This document shows, piece after piece, positions 20,239-29,678 of a DNA stretch of 64,000 nucleotides. The translations under genes were made by a program, and so were the position numbers. Numbering within the stretch: position 1 is the stretch's first letter; every line of letters starts with the position of its first letter. Source of the DNA: an uncultured virus (IMG/VR IMGVR_UViG_3300007961_000315) (Duplodnaviria; Heunggongvirae; Uroviricota; Caudoviricetes); IMG/VR virus record IMGVR_UViG_3300007961_000315; one strand, 5' to 3'. The notes beneath the pieces were generated by a model. That model was not told where the DNA came from. It made no database searches and saw nothing but the letters and a program-made list of their open reading frames with translations.

Positions 20239-22378
20239 TCTCTCTCCACTTTTCGCTACACCGGAAATTCAAAAATTGGCTGAGGACGATCAGCTAATCC
20301 GAAGACAATGCAAATACGGGATATATGAATATGTTGAGCACTGTTATGAACGTAAAATGTACCTGCGGTGTCTGGTTGAGAAGGAAATCCTGAAGGTGGG
20401 CATCTACTTGCCGGACCACTTGAAAACCGGGAGCAATCTTCCGAGCTTTGAGGTGTTCGTCAACAAAAAGGAGAACAGGTTTCTCACCTACGACCGCGCA
20501 AATGACCGATGGCTCAAAGCGAAGCTGGACAGGATCGATTTTCCAGGCTATGTGTATCGTAGCGGGGAGAGATGGATTGAAAAAGCGGACAGCGACGCAG
20601 TTAGGGATTATCTGGGCATAAAGAAAGGCGGGTATGATGGCTTACTTGAATACCAGCGGGGCATTCGGGAAAAGGAACTGATCGCTCGCTACAAAAAAGA
20701 AACCGATCCATGGGATGAGGATATGAAACAGATACCGGCGCTTCCAAAAGACTGGCTGCAGTGGGCAGGCAGGATCGGCATCCCGGAACATTTTATCTAT
20801 TACCACTATAAAAAGCGGGGCGCAAAGGTAGGATACTGTACCCGATGCGGAAAAGAAGTGCCAATCACAAACCCCCGCCACAATAAGAAGGGCCGTTGTC
20901 CCCGCTGCCATCATGAAGTAGTATATAAATCAGTTGGCAGAGCAGGAAGAGTTATTACCCGGCGGTATACTGCATATCTGATACAGCGATGCCGGGATGG
21001 GTTTGTCGTTCGCGAATTTCAGGTGGACCGCACGCATCCCAATGGTGGGAATTACAAAAATGTAGATGTCTACTCCCACGAGATTCGCCGGGTGATCTAT
21101 GACAACCGGCAACAGGTTCGGGCCTACTACTGGGGCTTATATAAACAGCGTGATATGCGATGGATTGCCGGATCTCCGATGAATCTCTCGTGGTATGGAG
21201 ACGATTCCGGGCTGGTATACGGTAAAACCCTGCCGCATTTGGCAAAGAAAGAACTCAAAAGGACGGGACTGAATGAATGGATCCGTCACTATAAAAAGGT
21301 GGACCCGGAGCGGTATCTGCAGACGCTGTACAAAACACCGCAATTGGAGCAGATCACCAAAGCCAACCTTTGGCAGCTTGCGGAAGAGTGTGTAAAACAG
21401 AATTACGACGTCAAACATGAAATCAGTTTTTATTCGAACACCACTTTGACGGGCATACTCGGAATCAATTCCCAGAGCCTCAAAAGGCTGCGCCTGAACA
21501 AAGGCGGATATCGGTTTCTCAGTTGGCTTCAGTATGAGGTGCGATCTGGAAAGCCCATTTCCGACGAGGTGATAAGATGGTTTTGTAAACAGCGGGTTTC
21601 TTCCAGAGAACTCCAGTTTATTTTGGATAGGATGAGTCCTCTTCAAATACGCAACTACCTCACCCGTCAAATGCGGCGAATGAAATGGCATTGCAATGCA
21701 GTCATCAACACCTGGGCGGACTATCTTGCCATGGCCAAGCGGCTGAAGATGAATACAAATGATGAGATCATCTATCGGGTGAACAAGCTGAAAAAGCGCC
21801 ATGACGAACTGGTGAAGATCTGTCAGGAGAGGGCCCCGGAGTTACGGCTGGCGGAGATGAGGGAAAAATATCCGGATGTTGATCCCGTCTGTCGGACACT
21901 GAAAAAGTACGAGTACCGCGGTGAGGCCTATTCGGTGATCGCGCCAAACGGCATGGAGGATATCATTGCCGATGGCGACGCTCTGCACCACTGTACAAGT
22001 ACCCAGGAGCGCTATTGGGAGCGGATCGAAAAGAAGGAAAGCTATATTCTTTTCCTTCGGAGAAGCACTTCTCTGGAAAAGCCGTATTACACGCTGGAGG
22101 TTGAACCTGGAGGTGTAGTCCGCCAAAAACGCACCGAATTTGACCGGCATGACAAGGACATTGATAAGATCGAATTATTCCTGAAAGAATGGCAGGAGGC
22201 TGTCTCCAAGCAAATGACCGGAGATGACCTCCGGTTGGCAGAGGCCAGTCGTGTACTGAGAATGGAGGAATTTGCAGAGCTGCGTGAGAAGCGTGCGATT
22301 ATCCATACCGGAGACCTTGCCGGAAGAAAGCTGGTTGACGTACTGATGGCTGATTTGATGGAAAACAAAGTCGCTTAA
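20213..22378 (+). CDS. PcfJ domain-containing protein
   Basis: WADYLAMA..LKKRHD, DGDALHHC, ILFLRR..PYYTLEV..VRQKR; CxxC zinc motifs. Confidence 0.8.
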   Translation: MIRKQELLSLSPLFATPEIQKLAEDDQLIRRQCKYGIYEYVEHCYERKMYLRCLVEKEILKVGIYLPDHLKTGSNLPSFEVFVNKKENRFLTYDRANDRWLKAKLDRIDFPGYVYRSGERWIEKADSDAVRDYLGIKKGGYDGLLEYQRGIREKELIARYKKETDPWDEDMKQIPALPKDWLQWAGRIGIPEHFIYYHYKKRGAKVGYCTRCGKEVPITNPRHNKKGRCPRCHHEVVYKSVGRAGRVITRRYTAYLIQRCRDGFVVREFQVDRTHPNGGNYKNVDVYSHEIRRVIYDNRQQVRAYYWGLYKQRDMRWIAGSPMNLSWYGDDSGLVYGKTLPHLAKKELKRTGLNEWIRHYKKVDPERYLQTLYKTPQLEQITKANLWQLAEECVKQNYDVKHEISFYSNTTLTGILGINSQSLKRLRLNKGGYRFLSWLQYEVRSGKPISDEVIRWFCKQRVSSRELQFILDRMSPLQIRNYLTRQMRRMKWHCNAVINTWADYLAMAKRLKMNTNDEIIYRVNKLKKRHDELVKICQERAPELRLAEMREKYPDVDPVCRTLKKYEYRGEAYSVIAPNGMEDIIADGDALHHCTSTQERYWERIEKKESYILFLRRSTSLEKPYYTLEVEPGGVVRQKRTEFDRHDKDIDKIELFLKEWQEAVSKQMTGDDLRLAEASRVLRMEEFAELREKRAIIHTGDLAGRKLVDVLMADLMENKVA

Positions 22379-22508
22379 GTCTAAACAGGTGTATACAGCA
22401 AGAGCAAGTAGAAAGCCGAGGGCCCTGAATACGGCTCTGGCTTTCTGCTTGTAAATATGAAGTTTGTGTGCCATAATAAAAACAGTATTCAGAAAGGAGG
22501 TCGTCTCC

Positions 22509-23870
22509 ATGATGTATATTACCGGTGAACGGCTGACATTGCTTCAAACGCCTGCTCAGCCGCGCCGCCAGCTGTCAGAACTGATGGCATATCTCGACGG
22601 CCGTGGTGCCGAGAGCGTCTGCACTCTGTATGGGCTGCGCCGTACCGGGAAAACCACACTGCTGCTTCAAGCGATTCAAAGGCTTGTCACACATGGGATC
22701 CCCGCCGAGCGGATCGGATATTTTACCGGACTCAGAGGCGATGATTTTGATGATCTGTACCTGGAGCTGGAATCGCTCAAGGATACGCTGGATTACATTT
22801 TTATCGATGAGATCGGCTACTTCGCCAATTTTCTTCAGGGTGGCAGCTATCTTTACGACACCCTGGTCCGCCTCTATAACAAAAAGGTTGTGATTGCGGG
22901 AACAAACCTGTTGGCCCTTTATGTATCCGGTAAGCGCACCCTTTATGACCGTTGCCGGATCATCCATGTGCCCTATCTGAGTTTTTATGAGCACTGCCGC
23001 TTTGTGCTGCGGACCGAACAGCCTACCTTTGAGCAGTTCATGCAGTACATGAAAGTCGGCGGACTCTTCAAAGAACCGGAGGACATCCCGGATTATGTGC
23101 AGACCAGCATCACCGATTCCATCGTGGAACTGTTTGAAACACAGCCGGACAGCGAGGTGTTTGTCTGGCTTAAACCAAAGGGAGAGCAGGTGGACTGGAA
23201 GGCCTATGTCAATACTGTCCTTTTCCTCTCCAGCAACTATGTCTCTAACAAAAGCTTCCAGACGCCGGTTTCCTTGATCCAAGACTTTAAAGTGCTGGAT
23301 CGCCAGGTCAGTCGGCAGGTGGCAAAGGACTTTAAGGAGTATTTCAGCCTGAACCGCAATGACCGGGCTTACCGGATGAAACGCACCGAAACGGTGGCAC
23401 TGCTGGACTTTCTGGTGCATTGCGGCGTGATCGTCGTGCTGCCAAACCTGTTCGATGACACCGAGCCGTACAAATGCTATGTGCAGGCGCCGTTCCTTCG
23501 GTTCCACTTTACAGAACGGCTGCGGCAGATGGTAGATGGTACAGTCGTCGATTACCACAAACCGCTGTTCGGCGATCTGCTGGAGGCGGCGGTTGTCAGC
23601 GAATATCAGCAAAGTCACCCCATGGCGGATATCTGGTTTGCGCGGACGCACTGCCCGCCGGGAAGCGACTTTGTCGGCGAGATCGACCTACTGGATTTGG
23701 ATGCCAAAGACGGTTTTGAGGTGAAGCTCACTGATGGCCGCGGCTACCGGGGGTTCCAATTGCTTGGCGAACGGCCGGAGCTGAAGGATTTTCGGTTTGA
23801 GCTGCTGGAAGAGCAGCACTGCATGGAACGGATTTGTCAGTGGGGCAGGCTGTACTACGAAGAAAAGTGA
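22509..23870 (+). CDS. AAA_14-like ATPase with C-terminal PD-(D/E)xK-like region
   Basis: GLRRTGKTT, IFIDEI, EIDLL..FEVK. Confidence 0.75.
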   Translation: MMYITGERLTLLQTPAQPRRQLSELMAYLDGRGAESVCTLYGLRRTGKTTLLLQAIQRLVTHGIPAERIGYFTGLRGDDFDDLYLELESLKDTLDYIFIDEIGYFANFLQGGSYLYDTLVRLYNKKVVIAGTNLLALYVSGKRTLYDRCRIIHVPYLSFYEHCRFVLRTEQPTFEQFMQYMKVGGLFKEPEDIPDYVQTSITDSIVELFETQPDSEVFVWLKPKGEQVDWKAYVNTVLFLSSNYVSNKSFQTPVSLIQDFKVLDRQVSRQVAKDFKEYFSLNRNDRAYRMKRTETVALLDFLVHCGVIVVLPNLFDDTEPYKCYVQAPFLRFHFTERLRQMVDGTVVDYHKPLFGDLLEAAVVSEYQQSHPMADIWFARTHCPPGSDFVGEIDLLDLDAKDGFEVKLTDGRGYRGFQLLGERPELKDFRFELLEEQHCMERICQWGRLYYEEK

Positions 23871-23901
23871 AGAAGCGGTCCGACCAGGATCGTCCAAGAC
23901 G

Positions 23902-23939
23902 GGGCTATCTGAAGCATTTGTGTTTCGGATAGCCCTTTT
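23902..23939 (+). terminator. Intrinsic terminator-like hairpin
   Basis: GGGCTATCTGAAGCA-TTTG-TGTTTCGGATAGCCC-TTTT. Confidence 0.6.
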
Positions 23940-24082
23940 GGCACCCATTTATTTTTTGACGCCAATGACAAGGTGCAAGAGGCTTTGCTGGTGGTCAGAG
24001 ACAAACATATTTTGATGGATAAAAATGAAAGGCGCCTGGATTTATGCCCCTATTGAGCGCTTATCAAGAAAGGAAATCGAAA

Positions 24083-26005
24083 ATGCAACAATTTGATTAT
24101 CTGGGCTTGACCTTTGAGCCATACCGAAATTTAACAGAGGATGAAAGAACCTGTTTTTATGAGTCGATCCAGCATAGTGCATTTTCACCGGAAGGGTTTT
24201 GCCATGAAGACTTTTATGCAGCTGCGACAGCTGCCGATCCGGAAAATGCGGTGGATTTGTTTTACTATGAAGGAGAGGTGGTCCTTCCCTGCAGTTCCTA
24301 TCTCGCCTCTTATCAGGACCCGCAGCGGCCCGCCCACTGCATACGGGAAAAATACCATTCTCTTTCCATGTCAACGATGCTCCAGATCATAGAGGATGTA
24401 GGGATCAACGGATTTTTCCCCACACCGGATGATCTTGCGGCAGAAATGCTCAGCGGTGTTAACTGGGATGAGGTGGAAAGCGTTCTGGAACCGTCCGCCG
24501 GCAAAGGAGATCTGGCAAACAATATTGTCTCCTGGTATCAGAGTGCAATGAGTAGTTACCGGGCACGTTTGGATTTGGATTGCGTGGAAATCAATCCAGA
24601 CCTGCGGGCAATTTTGAAAAGCCGGGGCTATCGCGTGATACACGATGATTTTCTCACACTGCATACCCATAAACGGTATCAGCTCATCGTGATGAACCCG
24701 CCCTTTGCCGAGGGGGATCGTCATCTGATGAAAGCGATGGAGATGGTTCAAAACGGCGGCCAGGTAGTCTGCCTGCTCAATGCACAGACGCTGCGCAATC
24801 CAAACACCAATCTGCGCAAGCTCCTTTTGCAAACCTTGGAAAAACAGGATGCCGTTGTCACCTATTTTGATGGGGCGTTCAGCGGCGCGGAACGAAAGTC
24901 CGATGTGGAGGTAGCCATGGTCCAGGTCACCTTTCCACCCAAAGCGGAAAAGAGTGATCTCTACGAGCACTTGAAGAAGACGGTTGCAGAGGAAGATCAG
25001 GTGCAGGAACCGAACGCCCTGGCCCCATCGGATTTTATTGAGGGTATGATCCGTCAGTTCGAGGTGGAGGTGCGTTCCGGCTTGGAGATTATTCGGCTCT
25101 ATAATGGGCTCCGGCCTTATATCTTGCAGAACATCAATTCGGAAGCGCGTTTCAGCTCCCCAATTTTAACGCTGAATATCGGAAATGATGAGTGTACAGT
25201 CAATGGGTACTTGGTGGCCACCAGAGAAAAATATTGGCGTGCATTGCTTCAGAAACGTGAATTTACCGACCTGCTCACCAAGGACCTCTATACAAAATAT
25301 CAGGAGATGGTGGATCAGCTGAAATTTTATGATTTTTCAAAGTTCAATATTCATCGGGTGTTCACGGAGATGCGCTCAGAGGTCCCCGCAGGACTTCGAG
25401 AAACGATCCTAAAGGTCTTTGATCGGCTGAGCGCGCAGCACGCCTGGTATCCGGAATGCAGCGGCAATATTCACTATTACAATGGATGGGCTACCAACAA
25501 GGCGCACAAGATCAATAAAAAGGTGATCATCCCCTCCCATGGAATTTTCCCGGATTGGGAGTGGAGCAAGGATGCATTCCAAGTCTATGAGGCCCACAAA
25601 CATCTGGAGGACATCGAAAAAATCCTCAACTATCTGGATGGGTGTATGACCGCCGAAGTGGACCTTCATTTCATACTGGAACGGGCGAACCATGAGGGAC
25701 AAACCAAAAAAATTCACTGCAAATATTTCGATGTTACCTTTTACAAAAAGGGCACGACACACATCATGTTCCATGACCAGCGGATTGTGGATGCGCTGAA
25801 TATCTACGCCGCCCGCAACCGCAACTGGCTGCCGCCTTCCTACGGTAAATCCCATTATCAGGATATGGGACCGGAAGAACAGAAGGTCATCGACGAGTTT
25901 CAGGGCGAAGAGGCGTATGATCAGGTGTTAGCGCACCCGGATATCTACCTGTCTGGTCGCATCGTGCTGGCACTGCCGGGATGGCCTATAGAACAAGCGG
26001 GATAA
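24083..26005 (+). CDS. Adenine DNA methyltransferase with DUF4942 domain
   Basis: FFPTP, VLEPSAGKG, MNPPF; C-terminal YFDVTFYKKGTTHI and NWLPPSYG. Confidence 0.85.
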   Translation: MQQFDYLGLTFEPYRNLTEDERTCFYESIQHSAFSPEGFCHEDFYAAATAADPENAVDLFYYEGEVVLPCSSYLASYQDPQRPAHCIREKYHSLSMSTMLQIIEDVGINGFFPTPDDLAAEMLSGVNWDEVESVLEPSAGKGDLANNIVSWYQSAMSSYRARLDLDCVEINPDLRAILKSRGYRVIHDDFLTLHTHKRYQLIVMNPPFAEGDRHLMKAMEMVQNGGQVVCLLNAQTLRNPNTNLRKLLLQTLEKQDAVVTYFDGAFSGAERKSDVEVAMVQVTFPPKAEKSDLYEHLKKTVAEEDQVQEPNALAPSDFIEGMIRQFEVEVRSGLEIIRLYNGLRPYILQNINSEARFSSPILTLNIGNDECTVNGYLVATREKYWRALLQKREFTDLLTKDLYTKYQEMVDQLKFYDFSKFNIHRVFTEMRSEVPAGLRETILKVFDRLSAQHAWYPECSGNIHYYNGWATNKAHKINKKVIIPSHGIFPDWEWSKDAFQVYEAHKHLEDIEKILNYLDGCMTAEVDLHFILERANHEGQTKKIHCKYFDVTFYKKGTTHIMFHDQRIVDALNIYAARNRNWLPPSYGKSHYQDMGPEEQKVIDEFQGEEAYDQVLAHPDIYLSGRIVLALPGWPIEQAG

Positions 26006-26309
26006 AGAAGGAGAATTTTGATGGTATAAAGGAATTAACCTATATTTTGTATAGCGATGCCATGAATGCAAACGAAGTCCGAAAAGTCTTGTTCTACAAG
26101 GCTTTCCGGGCTTCAAATCAAATGCTGAAAAATGTTGCCTGTCTTTTGTTCAGCTGCGTCATTTACTGCTTTTAACATTACCATAATTTCGATTGTGCTA
26201 TTGTAATGTTCATTTCAAAATACCGCATATGGTGTAACTTTGTTGTCAAGATGTGTGCAGGCAGTTCCTAAAAGTGTTGAAAAAATGCTGTCCGCCATAT
26301 GCGGAGCGA

Positions 26310-26406
26310 TTGACAATAAAATTGGTAAGTGATAAAATATTTACGCAATAAAATCGTGTGAAAACAGGAACTGGGGGCTTGACAAATGGGCTCATCTGTG
26401 CATAAT
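26310..26406 (+). promoter_or_regulatory. Tandem promoters upstream of surface protein 1
   Basis: P1 TTGACA(26310)-17-TAAAAT; P2 TTGACA(26379)-16-CATAAT; same layout at 44326-44422. Confidence 0.65.
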
Positions 26407-26514
26407 TTTACTGGGCACTGGGCACTGGGCACTGGGCACTGGGCACTGGGCACTGGGCACTGGGCACTGGGCACTGGGCACTGGGCACTGGGCACTGGGC
26501 ACTGGGCAGGTTAA
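26386..26514 (+). CDS. Putative leader peptide MGSSVHNF(TGHWALG)4TGHWAG
   Basis: ATG 8 nt after GGGGG, reads through the repeat, TAA in the terminator loop; equivalent uORF at 44402. Confidence 0.5.
   Translation: MGSSVHNFTGHWALGTGHWALGTGHWALGTGHWALGTGHWAG
26411..26508 (+). repeat. Heptamer SSR (CTGGGCA)14
   Basis: 98 bp perfect tandem repeat. Confidence 0.97.
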
Positions 26515-26535
26515 GTCTGCCCTTTTTTGTTTTTT
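26504..26535 (+). terminator. Leader hairpin 1; 5' stem supplied by the last repeat unit
   Basis: GGGCAG-GTTAAGT-CTGCCC-TTTTTTGTTTTTT. Confidence 0.7.
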
Positions 26536-26556
26536 CTCACAGTTTACATGGTCTTA

Positions 26557-26615
26557 AAGGCGTGTTCCGTCCGCGGGAGGTTTACCGCGGGCGGGACGCG
26601 CCTTTTCGCGTTTTT
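26557..26615 (+). terminator. Leader hairpin 2 (long GC stem)
   Basis: AAGGCGTGTTCCGTCCGCGG..CCGCGGGCGGGACGCGCCTT then TTCGCGTTTTT; homologue at 44533-44592. Confidence 0.6.
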
Positions 26616-26661
26616 CTCCAAACAGCAGCGTAAATCCAGAAACAAAAAGGAGTGGCCAAAA

Positions 26662-29454
26662 GTGAAACAAAGCAGATTGAAAGTGTTGTCGCTGGTGATG
26701 GCAGCGGCGCTATGCATGACCCTGCTGCCGGTGACAGCGCTGGCGGCAGATGGCGACGCCATGACGCTGGGAGCCAGCAGCATCCCGAAAGGGAATTTCA
26801 TCTATTATGGCAATTATGGCGGCGAGAATATCAAGTGGAAGGTGCTCTCTGATGAAGGAAACGGAGGCACCTATCAGGACAGCGGTGCTGCAATGTTCCT
26901 GCTGTCGGAATACATTCTGGATAATAACAATGTCCAGTTTGAGGCTGTATGGGACAGTGATGATGGCGACGGACAGGGAACCCAGTATAACATGTGGCAG
27001 CACAGCGACGGACAGGTGTGGTGCAGTACTTTTACGAATTCAGCTTTCGATAAAAAGGAAGCCGCTGCCATTCATAAGACCAGCAAGACTGACAACAAGA
27101 CTGACAGTGCGACGGGTCCATACAATGTAAGCTGGGGAGCAAGCAGTTTGAATGAAGAACAGGTATTTTTCATTTCGGCGGACGAAGCGGCGGCCTATAT
27201 CGGGCCGAATGATGGAGCTGCAGGTCTTGCGGCGACAACCAGCGCCGGAGGCGCCGGGGCGTGGTGGCTGCGCTCCCCTTACCGGTACAATGCTTACAAC
27301 GCGGGGGCCGTCATCGATAATGGTTTTGTGCGCGATCGCAGCGTAGACATTACCTACGGTGCTCGGCCCGCTTTTAATTTAAATCTGGACTCTGTTCTCT
27401 TCGCATCTGCCGCCGCAGGCGGCAAATCTTCCGGCGCCGCAGGCGCCGGCGCTCTCCAGAAAATTACCGGCCCTGCGCCGACCGAGTGGAAGCTGACGCT
27501 GAGGGACAGCTCCCGCAGCGGATTTGATGTGAGCGGCGAAACAATTTCCGGCAGTACCGTTTCCTTTTCCTACTCCGGCGCAAAGACCGGCACCAATGAA
27601 TATCTCTCGGCAATAATCGAGCAGGGCGGAAGCATCACCCATTACGGGCGGATTAAGCTACTGGATGAAACAACAGAATCTTCCGGTACTGCGTCCATCA
27701 CCCTGCCTGCCAATGTGAAACTGGGCGGGAATGTCAGCCTGTATGTGTTCAACGAGCAGTACAATGGCGATAAAAAGACCGACTATGCCAGTGAGTTGAA
27801 GTCTCTTAACCCTCCCCCGGCAGAGGGAAACAAACTGTTGAGCATTACGCAGCCCGTCCCTGTCATTGGCTTGAGCAATGGAACGGCAAAGACTGCGGAG
27901 GCTATGGGCCTGCCCAAAACGGTGGATATCACCACCTCTACCGGCACCCCCACCGAAGCAGAGGTAGCATGGAAAGTAGACGAGTGCGGCTATGACCAAA
28001 CAAAAGACGAGGCGCAGACCTTTGATGTTTCCGGTACGGTAACCCTGCCGGACGGCGTCACCAACCCGGACAATGTTTCTCTTAATGTGACCATCAGCGT
28101 CACCGTTTCCGCAAAAGCTGATCCGAATATCAACAGCATATCCATCAAAACCAAACCAGATAAAACCCGTTATACCGAGGGCGATACGCTGGATTTGAAC
28201 GGGCTTGAAATCACCATTGGTTACAGCGGCGGCGATCCGAAGGATGTTCCGTTCAGCGATTTTGCGGACAGCGGCGTGAGCACCAGCCCGGCGAACGGCG
28301 CCCCTTTGACAACGGCAAATACCACCGTTACCGTCAGCGTGGGAGCGTACAGCGACAGTTTCAATATCACCGTGGCAGAGGGAAACAAACTGTTGAGCAT
28401 TACGCAGCCCGTCCCTGTCATTGGCTTGAGCAATGGAACGGAAAAGACCGCGGAGGCTATGGGCCTGCCCGAAACGGTTGGCATCACAACCAGCAGCGGT
28501 TCGCCAACCTCCGCCAGCGTCACATGGGATGTGGATGGATGCAGCTATAACCCTGCAAGTGGATCGGCGCAGACCTTTGATGTTTCCGGTACGGTGACCC
28601 TGCCAGACGGCGTTACCAATCCGGACAATGTTTCTCTTAATGTGACCATCAGCGTCACCGTTTCCGCAAAGGTTGATTCGACTGTTGCCAGTGTGGAAAT
28701 CAAGACGTCCCCAACGAAAACCAGCTATACCGAGGGCGACACGCTGGATTTGACCGGGCTTGCGATTACCATTGTTTACAGTGATGACGCATCTTCTTCC
28801 AGTTCCTCCTCCGCTTCGGATTCCTCTGGTTCCTCTGTGGATATTGAGTTCAGTGACTTTGCGGACTACGGCGTGGGCACTACCCCTGCACATGGAGCCA
28901 AGCTGACAACGGCAAATACCACCGTTACCGTCAGCGTGGGAGAACATAGCGACAGCTTCAATATCACCGTTACGGAGGCGGGGAACCCCGACCCCGGCCC
29001 TGATGATGACGATGATGACGACCGGCCCAGCAGACCCAGCGGTGGTGGTGGCGACTCCGACAGCCACCCGGATGATGACAACTATGAGTTCTGGGACAAA
29101 GTCAAGCAGAAGGTGCAGGATGCCGAGCCGGGAGAAACCATCAAGGTAAATGCCCGGAGCTATGACAAGTTCCCGTATGACCTGATGAAAGCCCTGTATG
29201 ACCGCGGGGACGTGAGCCTTGAAATCCGCTGGGACGACGGCGATACCTTTACCATCCCGGCAGGGCAGGCCCTGAAACCGGCGAAAAACCGGATTTTCTA
29301 CCGCCTCGAGTACCTTGCAGAGCAGTTTAAGGATGCACCGGCGGCAGCTCCGGTTCAGGAGGAAGACCCCGCCAAGCTCAATCCCAGCACCGGCGCGGGC
29401 AGCTTCTGGGACTATCTGATGTTTTTACTTTGTTCTATCTTTGACGCAGCCTAA
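26662..29454 (+). CDS. Surface protein 1: signal peptide, DUF6273/CLec-like domain, tandem Ig-like domains, NPSTG near C-terminus
   Basis: GTG after AAGGAG; YYGNY..IKWKVL..LLSEYIL..WWLRSP..GARPAFNLNL; KTRYTEGDTLDL Ig-like repeats. Confidence 0.8.
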   Translation: MKQSRLKVLSLVMAAALCMTLLPVTALAADGDAMTLGASSIPKGNFIYYGNYGGENIKWKVLSDEGNGGTYQDSGAAMFLLSEYILDNNNVQFEAVWDSDDGDGQGTQYNMWQHSDGQVWCSTFTNSAFDKKEAAAIHKTSKTDNKTDSATGPYNVSWGASSLNEEQVFFISADEAAAYIGPNDGAAGLAATTSAGGAGAWWLRSPYRYNAYNAGAVIDNGFVRDRSVDITYGARPAFNLNLDSVLFASAAAGGKSSGAAGAGALQKITGPAPTEWKLTLRDSSRSGFDVSGETISGSTVSFSYSGAKTGTNEYLSAIIEQGGSITHYGRIKLLDETTESSGTASITLPANVKLGGNVSLYVFNEQYNGDKKTDYASELKSLNPPPAEGNKLLSITQPVPVIGLSNGTAKTAEAMGLPKTVDITTSTGTPTEAEVAWKVDECGYDQTKDEAQTFDVSGTVTLPDGVTNPDNVSLNVTISVTVSAKADPNINSISIKTKPDKTRYTEGDTLDLNGLEITIGYSGGDPKDVPFSDFADSGVSTSPANGAPLTTANTTVTVSVGAYSDSFNITVAEGNKLLSITQPVPVIGLSNGTEKTAEAMGLPETVGITTSSGSPTSASVTWDVDGCSYNPASGSAQTFDVSGTVTLPDGVTNPDNVSLNVTISVTVSAKVDSTVASVEIKTSPTKTSYTEGDTLDLTGLAITIVYSDDASSSSSSSASDSSGSSVDIEFSDFADYGVGTTPAHGAKLTTANTTVTVSVGEHSDSFNITVTEAGNPDPGPDDDDDDDRPSRPSGGGGDSDSHPDDDNYEFWDKVKQKVQDAEPGETIKVNARSYDKFPYDLMKALYDRGDVSLEIRWDDGDTFTIPAGQALKPAKNRIFYRLEYLAEQFKDAPAAAPVQEEDPAKLNPSTGAGSFWDYLMFLLCSIFDAA
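27262..27449 (+). other. Candidate DGR variable region plus downstream GCA-triloop hairpins
   Basis: WWLRSP...GARPA with 21/26 intervening codons ending in C/T; TGCCGCC-GCA-GGCGGCA (27408) and CCGGCGCC-GCA-GGCGCCGG (27431). Confidence 0.6.
27820..28971 (+). repeat. Intragenic duplication of a ~555-bp two-Ig-domain unit
   Basis: GCAGAGGGAAACAAACTGTTGAGCATTACGCAGCCC at 27820 and 28375; second copy has a Ser-rich insertion. Confidence 0.9.
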
Positions 29455-29466
29455 AACTTCATAACA

Positions 29467-29540
29467 AAAGCAAAGGAACCCCGTCAATGGCGGCATAGCC
29501 GTTCATCTCGACCATTGAGGGGGTTCCTGCTTTTGTTTTT
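29467..29540 (+). terminator. Long hairpin terminator after surface protein 1
   Basis: AAAGCAAAGGAACCCC..CAATGG..CCATTG..GGGGTTCCTGCTTTTGTTTTT. Confidence 0.6.
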
Positions 29541-29678
29541 ATTCTTATACGGATAATAGCGCAAATGAATTCGAAATATGTTGAAAGATTAGGCCGACTG
29601 CGCTATAATAAACAGTCTGGGTAAGTTCAGACTAAGCAAAGAGCGGTCGACTGAAAACCGACCGCTCATAAAGTTTAA

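Noticed and set aside
6741..26005. Prophage
   Set aside because: Phage-like replication and recombination genes are present, but no terminase, capsid, tail or lysis genes in 57 kb; content fits an ICE leading region better, though the rest of the element is unseen
26268..26495. Minus-strand ORFs of PSAQCPV repeats (also 44119-44469)
   Set aside because: By-products of a stop-free repeat; no RBS, and promoters and hairpins point the other way
26411..26508. CRISPR array interpretation of the CTGGGCA tracts or of the triplicated leader
   Set aside because: No spacers; the unit is 7 bp, the leader copies are kilobases apart, and no cas genes are present
27262..27385. Complete DGR in this window
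   Set aside because: No reverse transcriptase, Avd or AAC-rich template repeat found by eye; only a target signature is reported
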